A stretch of DNA of 64,000 bases from an uncultured Clostridia bacterium (GTDB lineage Bacteria; Bacillota; Clostridia; Oscillospirales; Ruminococcaceae): positions 842 to 64,841 of the forward strand of contig CAMVDP010000005.1 of the NCBI GenBank assembly GCA_947166275.1, given 5' to 3'. Numbering within the stretch: the stretch's first letter is position 1; the number at the start of each line of letters is the position of its first letter. The position numbers and the translations under genes were made by a program. Under the pieces are notes generated by a model. It worked only from the letters and a program-made list of their open reading frames with translations, did no database searches and was not told the DNA's origin. Shown in pieces: positions 1-9,100 of the stretch.

Positions 1-854
1 GGGTACATGCAGCGGTAGCACGGGCCTCTGTCAGCGTAGTAAACTGCCGCCTGACCCTCGAACTGGTACATCGCGCCGAACACGTCGGGCTTTCCGAGCA
101 GCACGCACGCGTCGTTGACGAGATAGCGCGTCTGGTAATTATCCGAAGCATCCGCTACAACATCGTACTGTGAAATAAGGTCGATCGCATTCTCTTTTGT
201 GAGCCGCTCATTGTAAGTCTCGACTTTTACGAGCGGGTTGATCTGCTTTATGCTGTCCTTCGCGCTTGCAACTTTCGGCCTTCCTATGTCGCGGGAGCCG
301 TGGATGACCTGTCTCTGGAGGTTGCTTTCTTCGACCTCGTCAAAGTCGATGAGACCGAGAGTTCCCACGCCTGCCGCCGCGAGATACTGAGCGAGGGGAG
401 TTCCGAGACCGCCCATGCCGACGATAAGGACTTTAGCGGCTTTGAGACGGCGCTGACCCTTGACTCCGACTTCCTTTAATAATAAGTGGCGTGAATAGCG
501 CTTTATCTCGTCGTTCGTGAGCTTGTCGCCGATGCGGTCACCGAGTACGGAATCGTTGGGCTCCTCTACGGTATCGCCGCTGCCGCCTGCGATAGCGGGT
601 ATAAGCATGACTTCGTCGTCGTCACGAACGGGAGTATCGTAGCCCTGCAGGTCACGGATATTGTCAGCACCCACAAAGACGTTGATGAATTCGCGGAGCT
701 TACCATCCTCGCCGAAGAGCACTTTTTTTGTCTCGGGGTACTCGTCCGCGAGCGCAGTTATCACCTCGCCAACGGTACTGCCGTTGAGTTCGAGCTCTGA
801 ATTATGACCTGTAAACATACGGAGCGTTGTCGGAATTATTACTGTTGCTGGCAT
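1..854 (-). CDS. moeB: MoaD/ThiS sulfur carrier fused to MoeB/ThiF adenylyltransferase (3' end outside window)
   Basis: Not in ORF track; hand translation from ATG 854 (RBS AAGGAG): MPATVIIPTTLR...DEVMLIPAIAGG-SGDT, then RYSRHLLL, VGMGGLG, SNLQRQ, CYRC. Confidence 0.9.
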   Translation of the reverse strand, partial: MPATVIIPTTLRMFTGHNSELELNGSTVGEVITALADEYPETKKVLFGEDGKLREFINVFVGADNIRDLQGYDTPVRDDDEVMLIPAIAGGSGDTVEEPNDSVLGDRIGDKLTNDEIKRYSRHLLLKEVGVKGQRRLKAAKVLIVGMGGLGTPLAQYLAAAGVGTLGLIDFDEVEESNLQRQVIHGSRDIGRPKVASAKDSIKQINPLVKVETYNERLTKENAIDLISQYDVVADASDNYQTRYLVNDACVLLGKPDVFGAMYQFEGQAAVYYADRGPCYRCMY

Positions 855-909
855 TTCCTGTATCTCCTTTTTGCATATCATATAATACATATCGATTTAA
901 TATGCTTAC

Positions 910-938
910 ATTATAGCACGTTATTCCGAGCTTGTCAA
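910..938 (-). promoter_or_regulatory. Sigma-A promoter of moaD-moeB
   Basis: TTGACA-N17-TATAAT with TG extension. Confidence 0.8.
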
Positions 939-1057
939 TAGGTTTTTGGAAAATCTTTTTCAAAAAAAGCGCTGCGTTATTTTCGGGCATATAATTATGA
1001 GATCTTCTATATCGTAAATGCGAACAGTGTTTTTGGTGTGCTCATTATGTATATACA

Positions 1058-1093
1058 GAAAAAGAAGCGGTATCGGTAATTCGATACCACTTC
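1058..1093 (-). terminator. Rho-independent terminator
   Basis: gaagtggtatcg/cgataccgcttc stem followed by U-run on minus strand. Confidence 0.6.
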
Positions 1094-1146
1094 GTTACCC
1101 GCTGTTTGCCTTAACCATAGTGTTTGTAAAAACTTCTATAGTAGTA

Positions 1147-1383
1147 TTACCCTTTGAATTTTAACCATTTGTTTTTGCACAATACACCGTTTTTATAGTA
1201 TCTCCTGCCTTTGCTCGTTTTTGCCCAGCCGGAATACTTTCCGATCTGTTCGCCGCTGTCGGAATATTTGTATGTAACTCCGTCTACGGTTTTCAGCTTG
1301 TCCGCAAACGCTGTCGCACTTGTGCAGGACATAGCCGCAATAGCAGAAAGCGCTGCTGCCGTAAGTCTGATTGATCTTTTCAT
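1147..1383 (-). CDS. Small secreted protein with cell-wall-binding-like repeat, possibly truncated
   Basis: Signal peptide (…TAFA), GW…RYY…KW motifs, RBS AAGGAAG. Confidence 0.6.
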   Translation of the reverse strand: MKRSIRLTAAALSAIAAMSCTSATAFADKLKTVDGVTYKYSDSGEQIGKYSGWAKTSKGRRYYKNGVLCKNKWLKFKG

Positions 1384-1433
1384 TGTAATTTACTTCCTTT
1401 CCTAATAGATCATCGTTTTATATTTTTGTCGGT

Positions 1434-4250
1434 TCAATCCGACATTGTTTCCGGAGTATCTGCGTTTATATCAAACTCGCCGCAGACATCTATCTGCCTT
1501 GCGTCGCCGTCAACATCCTCCCGGAAGGTCTTCACCATTCGATAGTGACCGTCGGTGAGCTTACCGTAAAAATACGCCCAGCTCACCTCCTCGGTCTGCC
1601 CGATATAACCGGCTCCGGTATGCAGTCCGATATGGAAAACACGGATGTCGGTACTGCCGTCCGTATGCAGTTTTTCTATATCCTTCCATTTTCCGCTTCC
1701 GGTCTGCTTCTGGATACGGAAGGCATTCGTATATGTTGCAAGACCGTCTATGCTGCCGCTTACGGATTCAATTGCAAATTTTCCGCCTGTGCGTGAAATT
1801 TCCAGAGCCCGTATAGCTATGCCGAACTCGTTTGTCATCCCCGCTTCAACAGTAAACTCGCAGTATCGGGTCTCCGTTATATCGCCGCACGAGAATGTCA
1901 TTCCGAGGCGGTAATCTCCCACGGGCAGGCTTCCCGCCGCTTCGCTCCAGTCAAGCTTATATTCGGTCACACCGGAATTCTTTACTTTCAGTCCCAGATC
2001 CGGTGTGGGAACACCTGCCTGCGGCGCGTAATACGACTGCCATATACCGTCTGTCTTACGCTCGATGGTATATCTGTATGGATCTGTTCCAATTTTCTCA
2101 TACCCCGTATCGCCGGTCTGAACTATCTGCAGGGTCATAGTCCGTGCGTTGTACTTAAGTGCGCGAAGTGCGATACCAAGCTTGCTTGCCATATCGTCCG
2201 TTATTTTGAACGGTACATAAAATGTCTGCTTGTCATAGTCACCGGAACCGCGGAAATCCATGAACTCCTTTGCTATACGGTACGTCCCCGCGGGCAGAGT
2301 GCCGTACAGCCACTTCCAGTCAAGCTTTATCTCCTTGTCCGTATTCGGCTCAACGAAATATGCAAGATCGTGCCAGACCGCGCCGTCAAAATACTCCAAA
2401 GGCTCCCACTTTTCGCCGTTCTTACGTTCTATGCTGTAAGGCTCACCGTATTCGAGTTCGCCGGTATAGCTGCCGCCACGCTGTGAGATCACGAGCGTAA
2501 GGCCCTCGGCGGTAACCCCTTCATTGATCGAAAGCGTTATGCCCCAGTTCTTCTCGCCGTCGGTTATCTCAAATTCGCAGAAATATGTGCTCCTGTTTAT
2601 AACAGACAACTCGCCGTTGCCGGAATAAACGTAGTTCACAAACCTCTGCGATATGCGGTATGTCCCGTTCGGGAGAGTTCCGTACTCATGAGCGAACTTG
2701 ACTGTAATTTCGGTCGTTCCGTTCTCGTTTAACGGCATTATATCGGGATCCCATGTTACGGGATTACTATCAAGTTTTTCCCACTCGCCAGTACTGGTCT
2801 TGCGCTGTATATAATAAGGGTACTCATAGCCGAGATTACGCTTGACGTGGAAATTCGCGCCGCTCTGCTGTACAACGAGTTTAACGCTTTCGAGGCTCGT
2901 GTCATTCGCGGTCATTGTGATACCGAAAATGTTCGGAGTGCGTTCGTCTATCGTGAATTCAGCATACGCGGTGAGTTGTCCGAGGAACGCGCCCGTTATC
3001 TCACTTTTGACACCAACAGTTTTAGCGATACGATAATGTCCGTTCGGTATCTCGCTTTCGTACATATTACTTCCGTAAAACAGGATGAGATCGTCCTCTT
3101 CATCTCCGTATTCTTCGCCGCCGATCCCGAGAAGGCTGTCAAACCACATTTCTTCATCATTCCAGCGTTGTAGGTTAACGGGGTCGTATGTCTGCCATGT
3201 ACCGCCTTTCTGAACCTGTATCTCGTAGCGATCGCTTATACCGTAAGCGAGCATTTCTGCGTACCTTACACTCCTGTCTCTTACATAATGCATATTCAGG
3301 CTTGCTCGCGTGAGTTTGTTTACCGTTATTTTCAGTCCGCAATCCTCCGCGCCCTGTTCGACAAGTGCTTTGAGCTCATCGTCGGACGGCTGTTCTTCTG
3401 CGGGAGCGGTTGTATCGGCTGTTTCATCGGTCGGCACGACAGTAGTTTCGGATGTTGTAATTTCATGATTTTCAGACGACGTTGTAACGGGTCGTTCTTT
3501 GTTTTCATTCACATACGTTGTTGTTTCCGAATGCTGTATATCCCGCATCTTCTCAACCTCGAGAAGCTCCTCATGCTCCAGATCGGAAAGCTCCCGCTTC
3601 AGGCTGTCTATATGCTCTTCATAATTGGAGATCTCCTTATCGTATGCCGCTTTAAGCTCGGAATAATATTCGATCTCCGCTTCTGCTGCCGAAATTTCCT
3701 GTATAGTTTCGGAAGTCTCATCAAGCGCACGCAGCTCCTCAAGCTTTTCTGTAAGAGCGGTCAGACGGCCGCCTGCATCATCCGCCTTCTGTACATACGC
3801 ATTTTTTGCGGATTCCGCGTTTTCGATCTCACGCTTCTTTTCCCCTATCCTTTTCCTGAGCTCGTTTATTTTATCACTGTCGGCAGTATTATTATCTGAC
3901 TTTGTTGGCTCGGTTAAGGAAGTCGCAGTAACTGCCGAGGATGTGCCAACTGTCGTCACGACCCCGGGTCTGTCGGGCTCACTCACCGCTATCTTATCCC
4001 AGTTCATTATCAGGAGCACTGCCGCGCCGACAATAAGCACAGCCGCCGCTGCCATACCGAGAGTGCGGGTTATCCAGTATATTCGCATATCTTTCTTGCT
4101 CACTTCGGGGCTAACCTCAACAGGCTTGATCTCTATGACATTTCCGGTATCGCCGACAGTGCTGTGATCGCAAGAACGCGGCATTGCCATTGAAACATAC
4201 TTCTCGTCAAGCCCGCCGAGAATATCCATAAACAATTCTTCGCGTCTCAT
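1434..4250 (-). CDS. Putative anti-sigma factor: TM helix, coiled coil, five tandem Ig-like domains
   Basis: 938 aa; overlaps ECF stop (ATGA); repeats GI.l…Y.I.rk…W…G.LP.G.YRI…EF.I. Confidence 0.8.
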   Translation of the reverse strand: MRREELFMDILGGLDEKYVSMAMPRSCDHSTVGDTGNVIEIKPVEVSPEVSKKDMRIYWITRTLGMAAAAVLIVGAAVLLIMNWDKIAVSEPDRPGVVTTVGTSSAVTATSLTEPTKSDNNTADSDKINELRKRIGEKKREIENAESAKNAYVQKADDAGGRLTALTEKLEELRALDETSETIQEISAAEAEIEYYSELKAAYDKEISNYEEHIDSLKRELSDLEHEELLEVEKMRDIQHSETTTYVNENKERPVTTSSENHEITTSETTVVPTDETADTTAPAEEQPSDDELKALVEQGAEDCGLKITVNKLTRASLNMHYVRDRSVRYAEMLAYGISDRYEIQVQKGGTWQTYDPVNLQRWNDEEMWFDSLLGIGGEEYGDEEDDLILFYGSNMYESEIPNGHYRIAKTVGVKSEITGAFLGQLTAYAEFTIDERTPNIFGITMTANDTSLESVKLVVQQSGANFHVKRNLGYEYPYYIQRKTSTGEWEKLDSNPVTWDPDIMPLNENGTTEITVKFAHEYGTLPNGTYRISQRFVNYVYSGNGELSVINRSTYFCEFEITDGEKNWGITLSINEGVTAEGLTLVISQRGGSYTGELEYGEPYSIERKNGEKWEPLEYFDGAVWHDLAYFVEPNTDKEIKLDWKWLYGTLPAGTYRIAKEFMDFRGSGDYDKQTFYVPFKITDDMASKLGIALRALKYNARTMTLQIVQTGDTGYEKIGTDPYRYTIERKTDGIWQSYYAPQAGVPTPDLGLKVKNSGVTEYKLDWSEAAGSLPVGDYRLGMTFSCGDITETRYCEFTVEAGMTNEFGIAIRALEISRTGGKFAIESVSGSIDGLATYTNAFRIQKQTGSGKWKDIEKLHTDGSTDIRVFHIGLHTGAGYIGQTEEVSWAYFYGKLTDGHYRMVKTFREDVDGDARQIDVCGEFDINADTPETMSD

Positions 4251-4807
4251 ATCGCGATACCCTCCTTTTCAAGATGTTCGCGCAGCTTCTCACGCATACG
4301 CACAAGAGTCTTACGTACTCTGTCTTCCGAGGTATTGAGGTCTCCCGCGATCTCGGCATAGGTGCTGCAATAAAAGTACCGCCGGATAAACATGATCTGC
4401 TTGTCGCGCGGCTGCTTTGACAGAAATTTCTCGACTGCGTTCAGCACGGCTTTCCTGTCAACTTCACTCTCAACGCTTTCCTTCGTCGGCAAACAGAGCG
4501 CTATTTCATCAAAATCCACGGACTTATACCCGCGACCGTACTTTATCCGATTCGCGGCTTTATACATATCAAGCGCCATATTACGCGCGATAGTAACAAC
4601 AAAAGCACCGAGCTTTGCCGGTTTCTTCGGCGGGATCGCGTCCCACACCTTCATATAAGTATCGTTCGTACATTCCTCGCTGTCCTCATGGCTTCCGAGA
4701 ATGTTGTACGCAACGCTTCTGCACGCGCCGCCGTACTTTTTGTCGGTCTCCGTGATAGCATCCTCGGAGCGGTCAAAGTACAGCTTTATAATACTGTCGT
4801 CGTTCAT
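4247..4807 (-). CDS. ECF RNA polymerase sigma factor
   Basis: 186 aa; DSEECTNDTYMKVW region 2, STYAEIAGDL region-4 HTH. Confidence 0.92.
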   Translation of the reverse strand: MNDDSIIKLYFDRSEDAITETDKKYGGACRSVAYNILGSHEDSEECTNDTYMKVWDAIPPKKPAKLGAFVVTIARNMALDMYKAANRIKYGRGYKSVDFDEIALCLPTKESVESEVDRKAVLNAVEKFLSKQPRDKQIMFIRRYFYCSTYAEIAGDLNTSEDRVRKTLVRMREKLREHLEKEGIAI

Positions 4808-4922
4808 TTCTTCCTCCCGCTTTTTGATCTCTATATATAAAGACGATTTTTTTCACGCAAAGCGGACACTTATTTAAAAATTTTTCAGAAATATTATAAC
4901 GCAATTTTCTGAAAAACGCAAC

Positions 4923-4950
4923 AAACGCACAAGCCGAAGCCTGTGCGTTT
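4923..4950. terminator. Hairpin ending the HSP90-DUF4132 operon
   Basis: aaacgcaca-N10-tgtgcgttt. Confidence 0.6.
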
Positions 4951-5336
4951 TACTGCACATTTTTCCAGTCCTTCGGAACATCAAGCCAAAAAGCAGGAGT
5001 AAAGCAAGGTCGGTAATCCGGAGATGCTTTCCAACCGTGTTCAAGGTATTCAAGCATCTCTGAATTATCAGAAAATTCCTTTACATTGCCCATTTCGATC
5101 TCGCTGTACCAGCCGTCATCATACCGGCTTTTCGGCCCGCCTATTCCGCAGGGCTCATGATTATCTGTCACATGACACCACCACGTAAAGCCAGATATCC
5201 TAACAGAACGTTTTGTAAGCTCCCGGATAAAAGCCGGAGCGTTTTCCATTGGACAGATACAGTCTATATATCCATAACCGACTGGCTGAACATGGAATAT
5301 TTCAAGGAGCATATCAAGTTCTTGTTTTGATATCAT
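4950..5336 (-). CDS. Hypothetical protein (Cys/His/Trp-rich)
   Basis: 128 aa with RBS, co-directional in operon. Confidence 0.7.
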   Translation of the reverse strand: MISKQELDMLLEIFHVQPVGYGYIDCICPMENAPAFIRELTKRSVRISGFTWWCHVTDNHEPCGIGGPKSRYDDGWYSEIEMGNVKEFSDNSEMLEYLEHGWKASPDYRPCFTPAFWLDVPKDWKNVQ

Positions 5337-5349
5337 TATCGTTCCTTCC

Positions 5350-5739
5350 TTAACACATCAATATCGAGATCACAAACTTACATGAAAAGAATATAGAAAC
5401 TCCAAAAAACAATATAGAAAAAATGATATCCGGAAGTATTGACCTACAACCGATAGTTGTCATTTTCCCGTATTGTCGGACTTTTACCTCGTCATTCCTG
5501 TTTCCAAATAATGAAATATTGAAAATCTTCTTATGTTCAAATGACATTTCATCAGTCCAATAAACTGTTTTTTGAAACGAACCAGGTCCGTTGAACACTT
5601 TATCGAGAATATATTCTTTTCCTTTTATCAGAGCCAACTTCTGTCGTATCGCTCTGACAAGAAATGCTATCCCACAAGGTGTAGAAATGATATTACAGAA
5701 TATCAACGCGATTATAATTGCTTTTACTCTGTCATCCAT
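5350..5739 (-). CDS. Hypothetical 2-TM membrane protein
   Basis: 129 aa, hydrophobic termini, AT-rich. Confidence 0.65.
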   Translation of the reverse strand: MDDRVKAIIIALIFCNIISTPCGIAFLVRAIRQKLALIKGKEYILDKVFNGPGSFQKTVYWTDEMSFEHKKIFNISLFGNRNDEVKVRQYGKMTTIGCRSILPDIIFSILFFGVSIFFSCKFVISILMC

Positions 5740-5754
5740 ATTATCAAATAAACC

Positions 5755-6138
5755 CTATTCAAAATCATATTTATCGGTATTTGCGCAGATATGAAACGTT
5801 CCCGCTTGTATTACAAAATAATCTCCCTTGTAATCAGCACTTGGGTGACAATCTGTAATGTAAACCTCAATATCGCCTATCTTTGTTTCAATAAATCCGG
5901 TGCTGTCTCCGGCGATAAGGTACTGTACACCGTAATAATCCATATATCCGCCAGCCGGTTCAGAAGGAAGAAACACCTCGAACGGCTTTTCTATATCTAC
6001 CCCTAAAGTCATCAGACAGTCTGATACTTCGGGATATGCGGTCTTTATCTCGTCCGCAAGATTCTGACAATATACACATTGACACAGATCCTCACGTTTG
6101 ATATTGTCGTAATACTTTTTGGTTTCTTCGATATTCAT
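5755..6138 (-). CDS. Hypothetical protein with CxCxxC motif
   Basis: 127 aa, CQCVYC, RBS AGGAG. Confidence 0.7.
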   Translation of the reverse strand: MNIEETKKYYDNIKREDLCQCVYCQNLADEIKTAYPEVSDCLMTLGVDIEKPFEVFLPSEPAGGYMDYYGVQYLIAGDSTGFIETKIGDIEVYITDCHPSADYKGDYFVIQAGTFHICANTDKYDFE

Positions 6139-6150
6139 TATCTGCTCCTG

Positions 6151-9100
6151 TCAAGATCTTATCTGCTCCAGTATGGACGGATCCTTTATCTTCCCGTCCT
6201 CCGCGAGAAACAGTATCTTCGTGATTATCTCTGCGGTCTTCGGGTCATCGTCCGCGAACGGCAGGAACAGCTTTCCCCTGTGCTGCGAATGGACAGGCAG
6301 TATGTTTATCATTGATCCACCGAGCTTATGCACTACACCGCTGCCGAGATGTACGGAATAATCCCCGTATTTGCCCTTGATATGAGCGTGGGACTTCTCT
6401 ATCATCACATTTTTCAGCTTGAACAGCGGCAGCGTGAACTGCACCAGCGCCGCGCGCATCTCGATAGTAGAATGGCTTGTTTCGGGGTCAACTCCACCCG
6501 CGTGAGCAACGCTTACAGCGAGATCGACATCCCGCATGACCTCGGAGAAGATGATATCGGGAATGTCCTTTATCTTCATGGGCTTGCCGGTCTTGCGGTC
6601 ATAGAACGCCACCACTCCAGCGTCGGAGCCTCGATATCCGCGGGCGTGAACCAGTCTGCCATTGCGTATATCGTCGCCACGATGTTTTCCTTGTAATAGA
6701 CTTTCTGCAAGCCGTTCTCGATGTCGGCTACCCAGCGGCGCGTTTTCAGGCACGCAACAGTCTTTGTGGGCTGTATCTGATTGCCGGAATACCGACGGGT
6801 ATCGCACATTTCAAGTTCTTCATCAGTCTTGACATAAAGCTCTCTGAACACCTGTTTAAACGGCTGCACCAATCCCTTGTCGAACAGATAACGCTGATAC
6901 CACTCCCAATGCCCGTCAAAATACATATCATACGGGTGCGCGACTGTCACGAGACGAGTTTTCTTCATTTCTTCAGCACATGAACCACAGCTCATAAAAC
7001 CGTTATCCTTATTGATAAACCCGAGCGTGCCTCCGTCCTGCTCCTTGAACACAAGGTCGCGTATGATAGGCTCGACCACCGGATTTTTCCGCAGCTCGTG
7101 AAGCTCCCCGACCGTGAACTCCGTGCAGTCCTCCATAGCCTGCTCAAACATCAGGCGCGTGCGGCGGTACTGCTCGGTAAGCTTCTTTTTCGTCTCCGTC
7201 AGGCGAATTATATGCTCGTTCTTTTTCAGCTTCGCGGGTATGGATTTGAGTGCCTTTCCGTCCTTTGTTACTGCTATTTCGGTCTTTCCGTGTTCATCGA
7301 CCACAAGCTTCACCGTCACGCCTTCGATAGTCTTGTCCTTGAACAGGTCGCGGCTGTCGTCAATGAGCTTTGTCTCCATTCGCAGGGTCAGCCGCGTTAC
7401 GTCAGCGTAACCCGCGTTAGTTGCGAGATTCTGCATAGCGATACCCACGGCGGCTTTCTCGCTTGCGCTGCGCTGTGAGCCGAACTTTTTGCTTTCCTTT
7501 AGGAATTGCTGCAAATATAGGTAACGACGGCATATATCGTCCTCGCCTTTAAGCGGTATCAGCGCATACGCCATGAGCAGGTCTTTATTGCGCTTGTCGG
7601 CAACGGTCTTTTCGGTTTCATCGACGGTGAACTTGCCGAGAACGGCGTCTGCGTACTTACGGGCGCGGGAATGCTTTGTGCCGTCGGTGATATACTTCGC
7701 GGCATCGTAAATAGCATCGAACCTCTTGCTTCCGAGCGTGTCATAGGCGCTTCTGAACCATTCCACATCGAACGCGCCGAGCTGCAAGTCCTCCGGTGTG
7801 ATAGGAGTATATTTCGCAATGACAGCCTTGCGCTTGTCGTCGAAATACTCGTTCATGTGCGCCATGAAGTAGTAGCAGCCGGACACATAGCCGTCCCAGC
7901 CGAGATACTGCGCGACAATGTCGATCCACTCCGGAGCATACAGCGAAGCTTCGATAAGGCGCTTTTCAGTGATATCCGTGCCTTTCAGAAGCTTGCGGAG
8001 CTTGTCTGTGTTATCACCCTCGTTCGGAACGCAGACACAGAGCAAGCGGGATAACGCGCTCTTCTTGCTTTCCGTCGAGCGGTAATACGCAGTGTTACGT
8101 TCGAGAGTCTCTTTTCCGAGAGCGGAAAGTATGGCGACGAAATTATCCACTCCGTAAATGCGGTTCACAGAACTGATGTACTGCGAATACTTAGTCTTAC
8201 TGTCGCCGCGTTTCAGCTCGACACTCAATACTTCGCCTATAATACTATCATACACATCGGAAATTAACTGTAGAAAACTCTCGTCTGTCTCTTTCTCCAG
8301 TTCTCTCAGAATATTGCTGTGCCGCCAGTTGTAACGTTCACGCGATGAAACAGCCGTATCCTTTTCACGAACAGCCGAGATAGCCGAGGTAACAAACATC
8401 AAGGTGTCTGACAAATTATCCCATCTTAACATCAAACAATACATCTGTTCATACGTAATGATACCGCGGTAAGCCGCAAGCATCGTGTATTTTGCGGACG
8501 GCAGGACATTGTGACAATGATTCCGTACATAGGAAAAACCGCTGTCCTTGCTTCTCTCTATATCTGCCCGTACGAATTTAAGATAAAGCCCATAAATAAG
8601 GGGAAATGTAACAGACATGGTATTTTCGTCACTTCTGTCGAGATGAAAGATAAAATTCCTTATGGCTACATCTTCCGTAAGTGTAGTGGTCTCCTCATAA
8701 TTGTAGCCTTTATACCTGAAGATCAGCTTGTCAGCAGGAACAAATAAAGTAATATACAAATAAATCGATATTGCCATTTCCTGAAGTTCCTGCTTACGCA
8801 GATATTCGTTAAGCAGCATATACAGGATGATATGAGCGTGATTTATGTACTCAAAGCCCGGTTGTTCGCAAATACCGTTTCCGAACAGTTCAATGAGTGT
8901 GCTGCCCGCATATTTTAAATAATCATCGGAGCGGCGGTTTCTTTCGGACTTTATATACATTCGCAGAAGCCGTTCCGGTTCGGGTATGTTTTCGTCTATC
9001 CAAGCTTTCCAAAGGTCACGCAGTGGTAATACTCTGCGGTTATCCTCTACGGAATTAAACTCGCCACATTCACACCCGACGATGTTAGTTTCGCCTCTGC

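Noticed and set aside
802-990. 62-aa ORF
   Set aside because: Spans the moeB promoter and start out of frame.
6151-6807. Independent 218-aa gene or programmed frameshift
   Set aside because: N-terminal ~65 aa are off-frame; no slippery heptamer at the junction.
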